From Candidatus Iainarchaeum sp. (GTDB lineage Archaea; Iainarchaeota; Iainarchaeia; Iainarchaeales; JAZDFD01): a stretch of 64,000 nt of DNA. Below are positions 30,619 through 40,092 of this stretch, piece after piece. Under the pieces are notes generated by a model. It saw only the letters and a list, made by a program, of their open reading frames with translations, had not been told where the DNA came from and did not search any database. The translations under genes and the position numbers were made by a program. The DNA is taken from assembly GCA_043808155.1 (NCBI GenBank), contig JAZDFD010000026.1, forward strand, positions 1 through 64,000, in the 5' to 3' direction. Position 1 is the stretch's first letter; the number at the start of each line of letters is the position of its first letter.

Positions 30619-31341
30619 TTGGAAAGATTCTGGGAAATTGATTCATTAAGGGGCATTGCGCTTTTGGGAATGCTCCTTTCAAACCTTATTACGGATTTGG
30701 CGTATTTTAATTTCCTAGACATTAACATATCCTCTGGTTTTTGGTGGTGGTTTGCAAGAATTGTTGCAGGCACTTTTATTTTTTTAGTGGGGGTTTCATT
30801 AACTTTGAGCTACTCAAAAGCAAAACAAAAAATATCTGAAAAACAACTTCTTTTGAAATACATAAAAAGAGGCTTAAAAATTTTCTCATGGGGTTTAGCA
30901 ATCACATTAGTTACCTGGATTTTCATTCCTCAGGATTTCGTTGTTTTTGGAGTTCTCCATCTGATTGGAGTTGCAATAATACTTTCATATCCTTTTCTAA
31001 ATAAAAAACTTCCAAATTTAATTTACGGAATTTTCATTTTTTTGTTTGGTTTGTGGTTATCGAATTTCACGTTTGATTTCAATTTACTTTTATGGCTGGG
31101 TTTCATTCCTGCGAATTTTCACACTGTAGATTATTTTCCATTACTTCCGTGGTTTGGTGTGATTCTTTTAGGAATTTATTCAGGAAATAGATTTTATGAA
31201 AATTATAAAAGAACATTTGCAGTTCCAAAATGGAAAAATTCACTAAGTGTAAAAGGTCTTTCATTCCTTGGAAAACATTCTCTTAAAATTTATTTAATAC
31301 ATCAACCAATAATTCTGATAATTTTATTTTTCTTGTTTTAA
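30619..31341 (+). CDS. DUF1624 / HGSNAT-like membrane acyltransferase
   Basis: RFWEIDSLRG, FIFLVGVS, FGVLH, DYFPLLPW, GKHSLKIYLIHQP. Confidence 0.88.
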   Translation: MERFWEIDSLRGIALLGMLLSNLITDLAYFNFLDINISSGFWWWFARIVAGTFIFLVGVSLTLSYSKAKQKISEKQLLLKYIKRGLKIFSWGLAITLVTWIFIPQDFVVFGVLHLIGVAIILSYPFLNKKLPNLIYGIFIFLFGLWLSNFTFDFNLLLWLGFIPANFHTVDYFPLLPWFGVILLGIYSGNRFYENYKRTFAVPKWKNSLSVKGLSFLGKHSLKIYLIHQPIILIILFFLF

Positions 31342-31372
31342 AAAATAAAAAAAAGAAGAAAGTAGCATTATG

Positions 31373-33379
31373 CTACTTCATTTTTTTGATTAAACCTTTT
31401 TTCTTTGCGTAGAAATAAGCTGTTATTAAGATTGCAATTATTACAATCAAAGCTACAAAGGTGCCTACATCCAAACCAAAAATTCGTAATTGCCCATCCC
31501 CTGTTGATCCTGAATCGACTATGACACTATTGTCTTTTTCTGTTATGTCTTTGTCATCGAAAACACAGTCCTCTCTATTTAATGTACAGAATTCAGAACA
31601 TTTGAGATTTCCTGTGCCCCAGTTCATACTTGAGCAGTCAATTCCACCCATGTTTTCTCCGTCACATTCTTCTCCGATTTCAAGTAATTCATTTCCACAC
31701 ATTGCTGCGGTTTCTTCTCCTGTTCCAGTACCACCGTCAGTTCCGTCTCCAGATTCATCGGTGTCTCCTGTGCTCTCTGGTTCGTCACCTAACAGGTAAC
31801 AGTAAGTAAGATCAGGATTACAATCGTCCATGCAAGTCATGATTCCACCTGCATAACCTAAAGCTCCACATGAAAATGATCCTAAGTCATCTCCGTCACA
31901 TCTTTCACCTGCTTCTCTGATTTCGTTTCCACAAACTGAATCAGCATCTTCTTCTGTGAACTCACAACTATCTGTATTGAAGATACATTCATCAGTGCAT
32001 GCTAATGTTCCTGCATCAAACCCAAAGTCAGTACATGTTTTTCCGTTTAACTCTGTTACGTCACAAGCTTCATCTTCTTCAAGAACACTGTTCCCGCATT
32101 CTGCTACTACTGGTTCTTCATCATCTTCTGCACCTATTGCAGTGTAAACACACACACATGCATCACATGAAACTTCGAAACCTTCTTCTGCAGCATCACA
32201 ATGTTCTGCAAGTTCACATTCTTCACCAGGTTCCCCAATTTCATTGCCACATGTTGGTTCAAATTCACACAAACTGAAATCAAATCCACATGTTTCAGTA
32301 CATGATAATGTACCATTAGTGAATGGGAAACCCCAGACATAATCAAAGTCTGCACAGGTTTTGTCATGCAAATCATCAGTATCACATGCTTCACCTTGAA
32401 CAGCTTCTCCATCTCCGCAGACTGCTAAGAAATCAAAGAAAGTCCAAGTATACCATCCATCTGTTTCCGGAACAAACCTTGCAGCTTCTGCAACTATTTC
32501 TCCATCAATTGTGTCTTTACGCAACTTAAGTGTATGGTAACCGCCATTACTGCCTGTTGAAATTCTTAACATTGCTGAAATTCCTGAGAATGCAGTTTCT
32601 GAAGAAACAAATTCTTGTCCAATAGGCATTGTATTGAAGATGGTGTATCCTCCCTCATTTGCAAAGTCATTTGATGCATCTGGTTCAGAAAGATTATAAA
32701 CTCTGAACGCAAAATCCCATCCTTGTAATTCACTGTTAATTATCCCTTGACCATCTTCGTAATCAGTTCCGATTGCCCATGTTCCTGAATCATCTTCTGC
32801 AATTAGATCTATTACATATTTCTGTGCAACTGTGGTAGTTTGTGAAGTGTACGCAATTGATGTTTGAGATGTTTCGAGTTCATTGTTCCAGTTGTGATAT
32901 TTTATATTTTTAATTCGGTGCATGAATTCGCTTCCAATTTGCGCATCTGAATCAAATTGATAAATTACATGCAAATGCATCGGAGTTCCAGAACTAACTA
33001 ATTTTCCATTGGAACAATCGAATATAATTAGTCCGTTATCTCCCGTAAAACTTTCCGCAGATGCTACTAGATCTTCTGCAATTCCATCTAAATCATTGTC
33101 TCTCATAAGTACTACAGAAACAACTTCTTCCAATTCATTTCCTGATCCCATTGATTCAAGCATAACTTCATCAATTGCCCAAGTGGTGTCTGTACTTGTA
33201 AATAATTTCCAAACTTTAACTGTGTGCATTGTCGGCCCGCCAGTGAACACCCAATTATGAGTTCCTGGATCGTTTTCACCAGAACCAAGGACAATTTCAT
33301 CGAGAGCGTATACTGAATTCACAATCATAAGTGTGAAAAAAATCAAAAATAATGTTGTAAAACATTTCTTTAAATTCAT
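31373..33379 (-). CDS. Surface protein with beta-rich domains, five Cys-rich (Myxococcus-type) repeats and C-terminal TM anchor
   Basis: Signal peptide; repeated CG(N/D)...E..E.C(D/E), mostly continuing ...C...G.L.C...C; C-terminal TM + KKK. Confidence 0.8.
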   Translation of the reverse strand: MNLKKCFTTLFLIFFTLMIVNSVYALDEIVLGSGENDPGTHNWVFTGGPTMHTVKVWKLFTSTDTTWAIDEVMLESMGSGNELEEVVSVVLMRDNDLDGIAEDLVASAESFTGDNGLIIFDCSNGKLVSSGTPMHLHVIYQFDSDAQIGSEFMHRIKNIKYHNWNNELETSQTSIAYTSQTTTVAQKYVIDLIAEDDSGTWAIGTDYEDGQGIINSELQGWDFAFRVYNLSEPDASNDFANEGGYTIFNTMPIGQEFVSSETAFSGISAMLRISTGSNGGYHTLKLRKDTIDGEIVAEAARFVPETDGWYTWTFFDFLAVCGDGEAVQGEACDTDDLHDKTCADFDYVWGFPFTNGTLSCTETCGFDFSLCEFEPTCGNEIGEPGEECELAEHCDAAEEGFEVSCDACVCVYTAIGAEDDEEPVVAECGNSVLEEDEACDVTELNGKTCTDFGFDAGTLACTDECIFNTDSCEFTEEDADSVCGNEIREAGERCDGDDLGSFSCGALGYAGGIMTCMDDCNPDLTYCYLLGDEPESTGDTDESGDGTDGGTGTGEETAAMCGNELLEIGEECDGENMGGIDCSSMNWGTGNLKCSEFCTLNREDCVFDDKDITEKDNSVIVDSGSTGDGQLRIFGLDVGTFVALIVIIAILITAYFYAKKKGLIKKMK

Positions 33380-33476
33380 CCTATAACCTCCTCTAAAGTA
33401 TAGATTTATGCATATTTGTAATGTTTTAATATATATAAAAGTAACTAATAAGAAACTAGGGGTGAGTATGTAAGTT

Positions 33477-34733
33477 TTACTTCTTTTTAGTTTGTTTATT
33501 CTTTATTTGTGTGTTTTTAGGCTTAGCACTTTTGTGGATTATGACAATCACAATAAACAAAACAAATAATGCAATCAGACTTCGGATAAACAAATCAGAG
33601 GACGTCCAAAGTGTTTCCCATATTGGTTTTTCAGATTCATCATCAAACACAGGTATTGGTGCAGGTACAATATTTTTACATTCTGATAAATCAAAAGTGC
33701 AGGTGCTTGAACATTTTAATGTTCCTGTGTCATAACCCCGCGATTTGCAAGTGTTTCCATTTAGATTTTCACTGTCACATTGCTCGCCTTCTTCAATTAT
33801 CCCATTTCCACAAACACTTTCTAAAATAAATTCAATCCATTTATTTTCCATTGTTTTTTCAACAAAAATTGTTTGTTCATTAAGTATTTTTCCCTCAAGT
33901 GAATTTTCATGTAATTTCAAAGTTAGATTTTCTCCTGCAAGATTAAAATTATTCTCACTTTTTAACAAAATTTCAATTATTGAAAATCCTTCCTTTTCTG
34001 ATAAAAATTCCTGTGCAATTTGAGAATTTGAAAAAATTAAGTGACCTTTATTGTTAATTGGAATTGTTTCAGTTTCTAAATCATTTCCGCTGTACACTCT
34101 AAATGCAAAATCTTTATTCTCTAAATGATTTTTTATTATTGCTTGGCCGTTTTCATATGGTTCACCAAGTTTCCATGCAAAGTGGTCATTTTCGCCAACT
34201 AATTCAATCACATATTTTTTCAAGTTTGTTTCAGTTTTTTGTTCATCAAAATTAAATGAAATCCAAAATGGTTCAATTGAGGCTTCCACAAACTGAGTTA
34301 TTTCCTCAATTATTTCACCATCAACAGAATTTTTTCTAATTCTGATTGTTACATTATCCCCGTTAGCACCATATTCACCACGTGATTCCAAGTAAAGATC
34401 AACTCTTGAAAAATCAGTGTAAAATGTACGGAACTCTTGTCCCAAGGGTTGCCTTGAAAATATTTTGTATGCGAAACCACCACCTGCGGGAGTTTCAGCA
34501 GCTAATAAATCATAAGCATAAACTTTGAAACCTAAATCATGCATTGCGTTTGGAACCCCGCCTACAATTGCAGTTCCATCAACAAAGGGTTGTCCGCCAG
34601 TGAGCCATCCAAAATGGTCAATTTCAGAAGAAACTTCAATTACATAAAGAAAGTCATCTTCAGCATAGGCTGACACAATTAAACTGAGCAGTACTATTCC
34701 AACTAAAAAAAGTTTCATTATGTTATTCATCAC
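33477..34733 (-). CDS. Surface protein with two ~130-aa beta domains, one Cys-rich repeat and TM anchor; paralog of the neighbour
   Basis: Internal repeat YVIE..DHF.W..G..D..F(K/R)VY..QEF; CGNGIIEEGEQCD. Confidence 0.8.
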   Translation of the reverse strand: MMNNIMKLFLVGIVLLSLIVSAYAEDDFLYVIEVSSEIDHFGWLTGGQPFVDGTAIVGGVPNAMHDLGFKVYAYDLLAAETPAGGGFAYKIFSRQPLGQEFRTFYTDFSRVDLYLESRGEYGANGDNVTIRIRKNSVDGEIIEEITQFVEASIEPFWISFNFDEQKTETNLKKYVIELVGENDHFAWKLGEPYENGQAIIKNHLENKDFAFRVYSGNDLETETIPINNKGHLIFSNSQIAQEFLSEKEGFSIIEILLKSENNFNLAGENLTLKLHENSLEGKILNEQTIFVEKTMENKWIEFILESVCGNGIIEEGEQCDSENLNGNTCKSRGYDTGTLKCSSTCTFDLSECKNIVPAPIPVFDDESEKPIWETLWTSSDLFIRSLIALFVLFIVIVIIHKSAKPKNTQIKNKQTKKK

Positions 34734-34808
34734 TATTCAATAATGATTTGTAATATATAAAACTAACTTTTATAGTTCTGCTGAACCTTTTATAGTTCGT
34801 CAAGCTGT

Positions 34809-35978
34809 TTACAGTTCTTTAACAACATTTTCAATTCGTTCTAATGCTTTCTTTATGTTTTCAATTGAATTAGCATAGCTGAATCTCAAATAGCCTTTTC
34901 CATATTCCCCAAAGCAGGTTCCTGGCAAGCAGGCAACTCCTGCGTCTGTCATTAGTTTGTCTGCAAGTGCTTCTTCATTGTAGGGCAAGTCTTTGATGTT
35001 TGGGAATGCATAGAATGCACCTTTTGGCATTCTGCAGCTAATTCCGTCAATTTTATTCAATCCGTTTACAATAACATCTCTGCGCTCTTTGAAGATTTTA
35101 ATTCTTCTTTCAATTTCGTCCTGATTTCCAAAAAGTGCTTCAATTCCTGCCATCTGTGTAAAAGCACAGGTGCACGAGACCGAATTAATCATTAATTTTG
35201 TGATTTTTTTCGCAAGCTCTTGTGAAGTAATTGTAAAACCTAATCTCCACCCCGTCATTGCATATGTTTTTGAGTGGCCTTCAATAAGAATCACCCTGTC
35301 TAAATTATCATCATGAAGCATACTTTCATGTTTTCCGTCATAAACTAATCTGTTGTAAATTTCATCTGAAATTACAAATAATTTGTGGTCCTTTGAAAGA
35401 TCATCAATTGCTTTTAAATCTGATTTTTCTAAAATTCCGCCTGTAGGATTTTGCGGAGAATTAATTACAATTGCTTTTGTTTTTGATGTAATAAGTTCTT
35501 TAAGATCCTCAACATCAAACCGAAAGTCTTTACTCTCACTTAGTGGCAGTGACACAGGAACTGCACCCATAAAATTTACAACTGAACCATATGTAGGGTA
35601 TCCTGGATTTGGAACAATCACTTCGTCTCCTGCATCAACTGTTGCAAGAAGTGAAAGGAAAATTGCTGGCTTAACTCCAGGAGTGATATTAATATTGTCT
35701 TTGCCTATTGAGTTCATTTTGTTATGCTTTGCAATATATTCTGCATATTTTTCACGTGCCTCAATAATCCCTGCAGAAGGCGTGTAATGAGTATAATTAT
35801 CATCCAGTGCTTTTTTTGCTGCATTTTTAATGTTCTCAGGTGTGTCAAAATCAGGTTCCCCAATTTCAAGATGAATTATATCTTTTCCTTTTTTTTCAAG
35901 TTCTTTAGCTTTTGCAAGAACTTCAAAAGCGCCTTCACCGCTTAATTTCTCAACATTTTTAGAAAATCGCATATGCAT
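34809..35978 (-). CDS. PLP-dependent class I/II (aspartate-type) aminotransferase
   Basis: GEPDF, NSPQNPTG, SDEIY, SKTYAMTGWRLG. Confidence 0.93.
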   Translation of the reverse strand: MHMRFSKNVEKLSGEGAFEVLAKAKELEKKGKDIIHLEIGEPDFDTPENIKNAAKKALDDNYTHYTPSAGIIEAREKYAEYIAKHNKMNSIGKDNINITPGVKPAIFLSLLATVDAGDEVIVPNPGYPTYGSVVNFMGAVPVSLPLSESKDFRFDVEDLKELITSKTKAIVINSPQNPTGGILEKSDLKAIDDLSKDHKLFVISDEIYNRLVYDGKHESMLHDDNLDRVILIEGHSKTYAMTGWRLGFTITSQELAKKITKLMINSVSCTCAFTQMAGIEALFGNQDEIERRIKIFKERRDVIVNGLNKIDGISCRMPKGAFYAFPNIKDLPYNEEALADKLMTDAGVACLPGTCFGEYGKGYLRFSYANSIENIKKALERIENVVKEL

Positions 35979-36059
35979 TTTGCCCACCTAACACTTGTTT
36001 GCTCACCTAAAGATTGGTGTGTTATTAGCTTTTTAAAGCTTTTTACTCTCAGAATTAAT

Positions 36060-37607
36060 ATGAAAGTGCAAAAAGCTCTGATTTCTGTTTATGATAAAGA
36101 GGGCATTGCTGATTTTGCAAGAGGATTGTCTGCATTGGGAGTTGAAATCATCTCTACTGGGGGCACTGCAAAACATTTGCAGGATGCCGGAATTGCAGTA
36201 ATTCCTATTGAAAAAGTAACTGATTTTCCTGAAATTCTTGACGGACGTTTGAAAACATTACATCCCGCAATCCACGGCGGGATTTTAGCTGTGAGGGAGA
36301 ATTCTTCTCACATGAAACAGTTAAAAAAATTAGGAATTGAAACAATTGACTTAGTTGTAATAAATCTCTATCCTTTCAAGGAAGTAATTTCAAAAGAAAT
36401 TGTGAAACTCGAAGACGCAATTGAAAACATTGATATTGGCGGGCCGACAATGCTCCGGGCTGCAGCAAAGAATTACAAAAACGTTTGTGTTGTAACAAGC
36501 CCTTCACAATATACTGATTTACTTAATGAATTAAAAAAATCAGGGACAGTTTCACTTGAAACAAGAAAAATGTTTGCAGCAAAAGTATTTGAAGAAACTG
36601 CATATTATGATTCTTTGATTTCTGATTATTTACGAAAAGAACTCACTGAAAATGATTTTCCTGAAAAATTAACAATGGGTTTTGAAAAAATTGCACAAAC
36701 AAGATATGGCGAAAACCCTCATCAGCAGGGTGCACTTTACAAATCAGTTGTACAAGTGGGTTGTTGCACTGTTGGTACTGAACAAATTCAGGGAAAAGAA
36801 CTGTCATTTAACAATTATTATGATATGAATGCTGCACTTGAACTTATAAAAGAATTCTCAGAACCCGCAGTAGTAATTGTAAAACATGCAAATCCCTGCG
36901 GTGTTGCAATTGACAAAACAATTTCTAATGCTTTCAAAAACGCACTGGAATGTGATGCCAAGAGCGCATTTGGAAGTATAATTGCACTTAACAGAACGTG
37001 TAATGTAGAAACTGCAAAACAGATAACTTCCTTCTTTAATGAAGTTGTGGTTGCTCCTGATTTTGATAAAGATGCTTTAGACGAATTCTCTAAAAAGAAA
37101 AATTTGAGAGTTTTGAAATTAGAAAAGCTAGGTTCTGATTCCAGAATGGGCTGTGTGGATTTCAAAAAAATTGATGGTGGAATTTTAATTCAGGATACTG
37201 ATACTGCAAATACAACGCAAAAAGAATTACAGATTGTTTCCAAAAACAAACCTTCCGCACAACAGCTTAAGGATTTGCTTTTTGCATGGAAAGTTGCAAA
37301 ACATGTCCGAAGTAATGCGATTGTTCTTGCAAAAAACAATGCAACTGTCGGAATTGGTGCGGGGCAGATGTCAAGAATCGATTCAACAGAACTTGCAATA
37401 AAAAAAGCAAACGGAAAAGAAAAAGGTGCAGTTCTTGCATCAGATGCATTTTTCCCATTCCGGGACAATGTAGATTCAGCAGTCAAAGCAGGCATAGTTG
37501 CAATAATCCAGCCAGGGGGCAGTCTTCGTGACGATGAAGTGATTCAGGCAGTTAATGAACACAAAATCCCCATGGTTTTCACAGGGAAAAGGCATTTCAG
37601 GCATTAG
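36060..37607 (+). CDS. purH: Bifunctional AICAR transformylase / IMP cyclohydrolase
   Basis: ALISVYDK, STGGT, KTLHP, IDIGG, RYGENPHQ, KHANPCG, SDAFFPF, RHFRH. Confidence 0.97.
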   Translation: MKVQKALISVYDKEGIADFARGLSALGVEIISTGGTAKHLQDAGIAVIPIEKVTDFPEILDGRLKTLHPAIHGGILAVRENSSHMKQLKKLGIETIDLVVINLYPFKEVISKEIVKLEDAIENIDIGGPTMLRAAAKNYKNVCVVTSPSQYTDLLNELKKSGTVSLETRKMFAAKVFEETAYYDSLISDYLRKELTENDFPEKLTMGFEKIAQTRYGENPHQQGALYKSVVQVGCCTVGTEQIQGKELSFNNYYDMNAALELIKEFSEPAVVIVKHANPCGVAIDKTISNAFKNALECDAKSAFGSIIALNRTCNVETAKQITSFFNEVVVAPDFDKDALDEFSKKKNLRVLKLEKLGSDSRMGCVDFKKIDGGILIQDTDTANTTQKELQIVSKNKPSAQQLKDLLFAWKVAKHVRSNAIVLAKNNATVGIGAGQMSRIDSTELAIKKANGKEKGAVLASDAFFPFRDNVDSAVKAGIVAIIQPGGSLRDDEVIQAVNEHKIPMVFTGKRHFRH

Positions 37608-37619
37608 GGTGTTTTTTAA

Positions 37620-38147
37620 ATGATAAAAAAAGTAGTTTTGATATCAATCGTTATTCTGTTGTTTGGGACAGTTCTCCTTTCAGGATGCACAAAGAAAACA
37701 ACAAAATTGGATGAAAACAGGAAAATTGAAATAATTCAAATTCCAACAAATAATATGAACGAACCAATAGATGAACTGAAAGATTGTGCAAAAGAGGGGG
37801 CGCAGTTTTCAGAAGTTTACACAGAGGATTATCCTGAAACTTGTTGTGAAGGACTAACTAACTGGGAATCGGGAATGGACACAAGCATTTCAATTGCAGA
37901 CGAATGCTATGCCACTGGTGCAATGGCGGGTTCGCCTGTCGGAACCTGTATAAATTGCGGAAATGGGGTCTGTGAAGACATTGAAGGCGTATGCAACTGC
38001 CCAGAGGACTGCAGTGGAAAAAATAAATCTGATTTTCTTAGTATTGAAGATTTTTGCCAGAGCGGGTCTTGGACCAGAACTTTTTCAACAGTATGTGAAG
38101 ACGAAATTGAAGGCTTTCCAATATGCAACTTATGCACATTTGCATAA
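37620..38147 (+). CDS. Cys-rich putative lipoprotein
   Basis: LLSGC lipobox; CGNGVCEDIEGVCNCPEDC. Confidence 0.75.
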   Translation: MIKKVVLISIVILLFGTVLLSGCTKKTTKLDENRKIEIIQIPTNNMNEPIDELKDCAKEGAQFSEVYTEDYPETCCEGLTNWESGMDTSISIADECYATGAMAGSPVGTCINCGNGVCEDIEGVCNCPEDCSGKNKSDFLSIEDFCQSGSWTRTFSTVCEDEIEGFPICNLCTFA

Positions 38148-38294
38148 TCCTTTAAATTTTGGAATTATCTTCAAACACAAACAATATGAAAAATGGTGAT
38201 GCAACAGTGAATTTCTTTTCTTCTTAACTGGAGCTGTACATAAGATGCTTTTTTATTTTTTACACTTCTTATTATACTATGGCTGTAAACATAA

Positions 38295-38459
38295 CACGAT
38301 TCAAAAAATCAGCAGCCAATAATTGCCCTTTCAGCATATCATTCGAAAGATCACCCCACCGCTCTTGTTAAAATGATACAAGACATTAATCCGAATTACC
38401 GCGTAATTGAAACAAGAGTTTTCGGAATAGAAAAAATATTAATTCTTGCTACAAAATAA
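38295..38459 (+). pseudogene. Possible remnant of an FkbM-family methyltransferase C-terminus
   Basis: Start-less frame QQPIIALSAYHSKDHPTALVKMIQDINPNY resembles the P.lais.YH...i....p.Y ending of FkbM proteins. Confidence 0.35.
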
Positions 38460-38470
38460 AATTCATTTTA

Positions 38471-39055
38471 TTAAACCACACATTTTCCCTGTTTTGTGTC
38501 AATAATTCGTTTTTCAGTTACTATTTTGTGTATAGGTACATCATGTTTTTCACGGGGGATTTCATAAACAATCTGAAATTCAAATGCAAGTCCCACAGTT
38601 GGAATTGTAGGTTTAATTTTCAAAAGAAATTTATCATAAAATCCAAATCCATAACCAATTCTGTCCCCTTCACAGTCAAATGCAAGTCCTGGCACAATAA
38701 TAAAATCAACTTTCTTAGGATCAAATTCTCTGAAGAATTCTTTTTTTGGTTCATAAAGTCCGCACTTTTTTTCTTCAAGTTCAGTAAATGATTTAATTTC
38801 AGATATTGAAATTTCTTGTTTTTCAAAATCAGTTATGGGAACAATTACTTTTTTACCCATTGCAAGTGTTTCCTGAATCATCGCACGAGTTTTGACTTCG
38901 CCTTTCATAGCAGCATAAAACATTACATTTTTTGCTTTTTTAAATTCTGACAAATTAAATAGTCTTTTTTTTATCTCGTGACTCTTGAAAGTAATGTCTT
39001 CGTGTGCATGAGCATCTCTTAACGCCATAATTTTTTCGCGTAGTTTTTGTTTCAT
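38471..39055 (-). CDS. 5-formyltetrahydrofolate cyclo-ligase
   Basis: KQKLR, EVKT, IVPGLAFD..G.RIGYGFGFYD, HDVP. Confidence 0.94.
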   Translation of the reverse strand: MKQKLREKIMALRDAHAHEDITFKSHEIKKRLFNLSEFKKAKNVMFYAAMKGEVKTRAMIQETLAMGKKVIVPITDFEKQEISISEIKSFTELEEKKCGLYEPKKEFFREFDPKKVDFIIVPGLAFDCEGDRIGYGFGFYDKFLLKIKPTIPTVGLAFEFQIVYEIPREKHDVPIHKIVTEKRIIDTKQGKCVV

Positions 39056-40086
39056 TTTAAAGTCACTGAAGAACCTTTCACAACTTTGCCAATCACAAAT
39101 GCTTTTTCATTAAGTTTCTGTAACTTGTTCATAATGTCATTAGTATCCTTTTTTGAAACAAACAAAACCAAACCAATTCCCATATTGAAAGCGCGGTACA
39201 TATCCACTTCGGGAACATTTCCTTTTTTCTGCATGTATTTGAAAATAGCAGGAACATTCCACGAGTTCTTTTCAATTTCAATTCCAAGTCCTTTAGGCAA
39301 AACTCTTTTTGGATTTTCAATTAATCCCCCGCCTGTGATGTGTGCAATTCCTTTGATTTCAAATTTATTCATCAGTGAAATTACTGTGTTAACATACTCT
39401 CTGTGCGGAATCAATAATGCTTCACCGACTGTTGAATCTAATTCATCAATGAAATCATTTACATTTTTGTTTTGCATTTTAAAGAAAATTTTTCTTGCAA
39501 GTGAATAACCATTAGTGTGCAAACCATCGGACGCAATTCCAATCAGAACATCATTTTCTTTTATGTTTTTACCGGAAATCATTTTGTTTTTATCCGCAAT
39601 TCCTGTGATTGCACCTACAATATCTGTTTCGTTTTTTTCATAAATACCTGGCATTTCTGCGGTTTCCCCTCCGAGAAGAGGAATTCCAAGTTTCTTACAT
39701 GCTTTACTCATACCTTTTACAATTTGTTCAATCTGGTCAGGACTTATTTTTGATGAAGCAATATAATCAAGAAAATAAAATGGCTCTGCACCCTGACAAA
39801 GAATGTCATTTGCACAGTGGTTTACAATATCAATTCCAACAGTATCCCACTTGTTCATCATTGCTGCAATTTTTAATTTAGTGCCAACACCATCAACACT
39901 TGCAATCAAAACAGGTTCTTTAAATTTCATTAATTTTTCTGCACTGATTGCACCACCGAATGAACCAACACCCAATAACACATCTTTTGTAAAAGTAGAG
40001 TTAACATGTTTCTTTATTTTTTCAACTGCAAGATTTCCTGCGTCAATATCAACACCTGCATCTTTGTAAGTTGCTTGTTTTTTCAA
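39052..40086 (-). CDS. purM: Phosphoribosylformylglycinamidine cyclo-ligase
   Basis: YKDAGVD, DGVGTK, GGETAEMPG, HITGGG, FNMGIG. Confidence 0.97.
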   Translation of the reverse strand: MKKQATYKDAGVDIDAGNLAVEKIKKHVNSTFTKDVLLGVGSFGGAISAEKLMKFKEPVLIASVDGVGTKLKIAAMMNKWDTVGIDIVNHCANDILCQGAEPFYFLDYIASSKISPDQIEQIVKGMSKACKKLGIPLLGGETAEMPGIYEKNETDIVGAITGIADKNKMISGKNIKENDVLIGIASDGLHTNGYSLARKIFFKMQNKNVNDFIDELDSTVGEALLIPHREYVNTVISLMNKFEIKGIAHITGGGLIENPKRVLPKGLGIEIEKNSWNVPAIFKYMQKKGNVPEVDMYRAFNMGIGLVLFVSKKDTNDIMNKLQKLNEKAFVIGKVVKGSSVTLK

Positions 40087-40092
40087 GGGGTA

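Noticed and set aside
35973-36059. N-terminal extension of PurH in the ORF track
   Set aside because: Overlaps the divergent aminotransferase start; homology begins at ATG 36060
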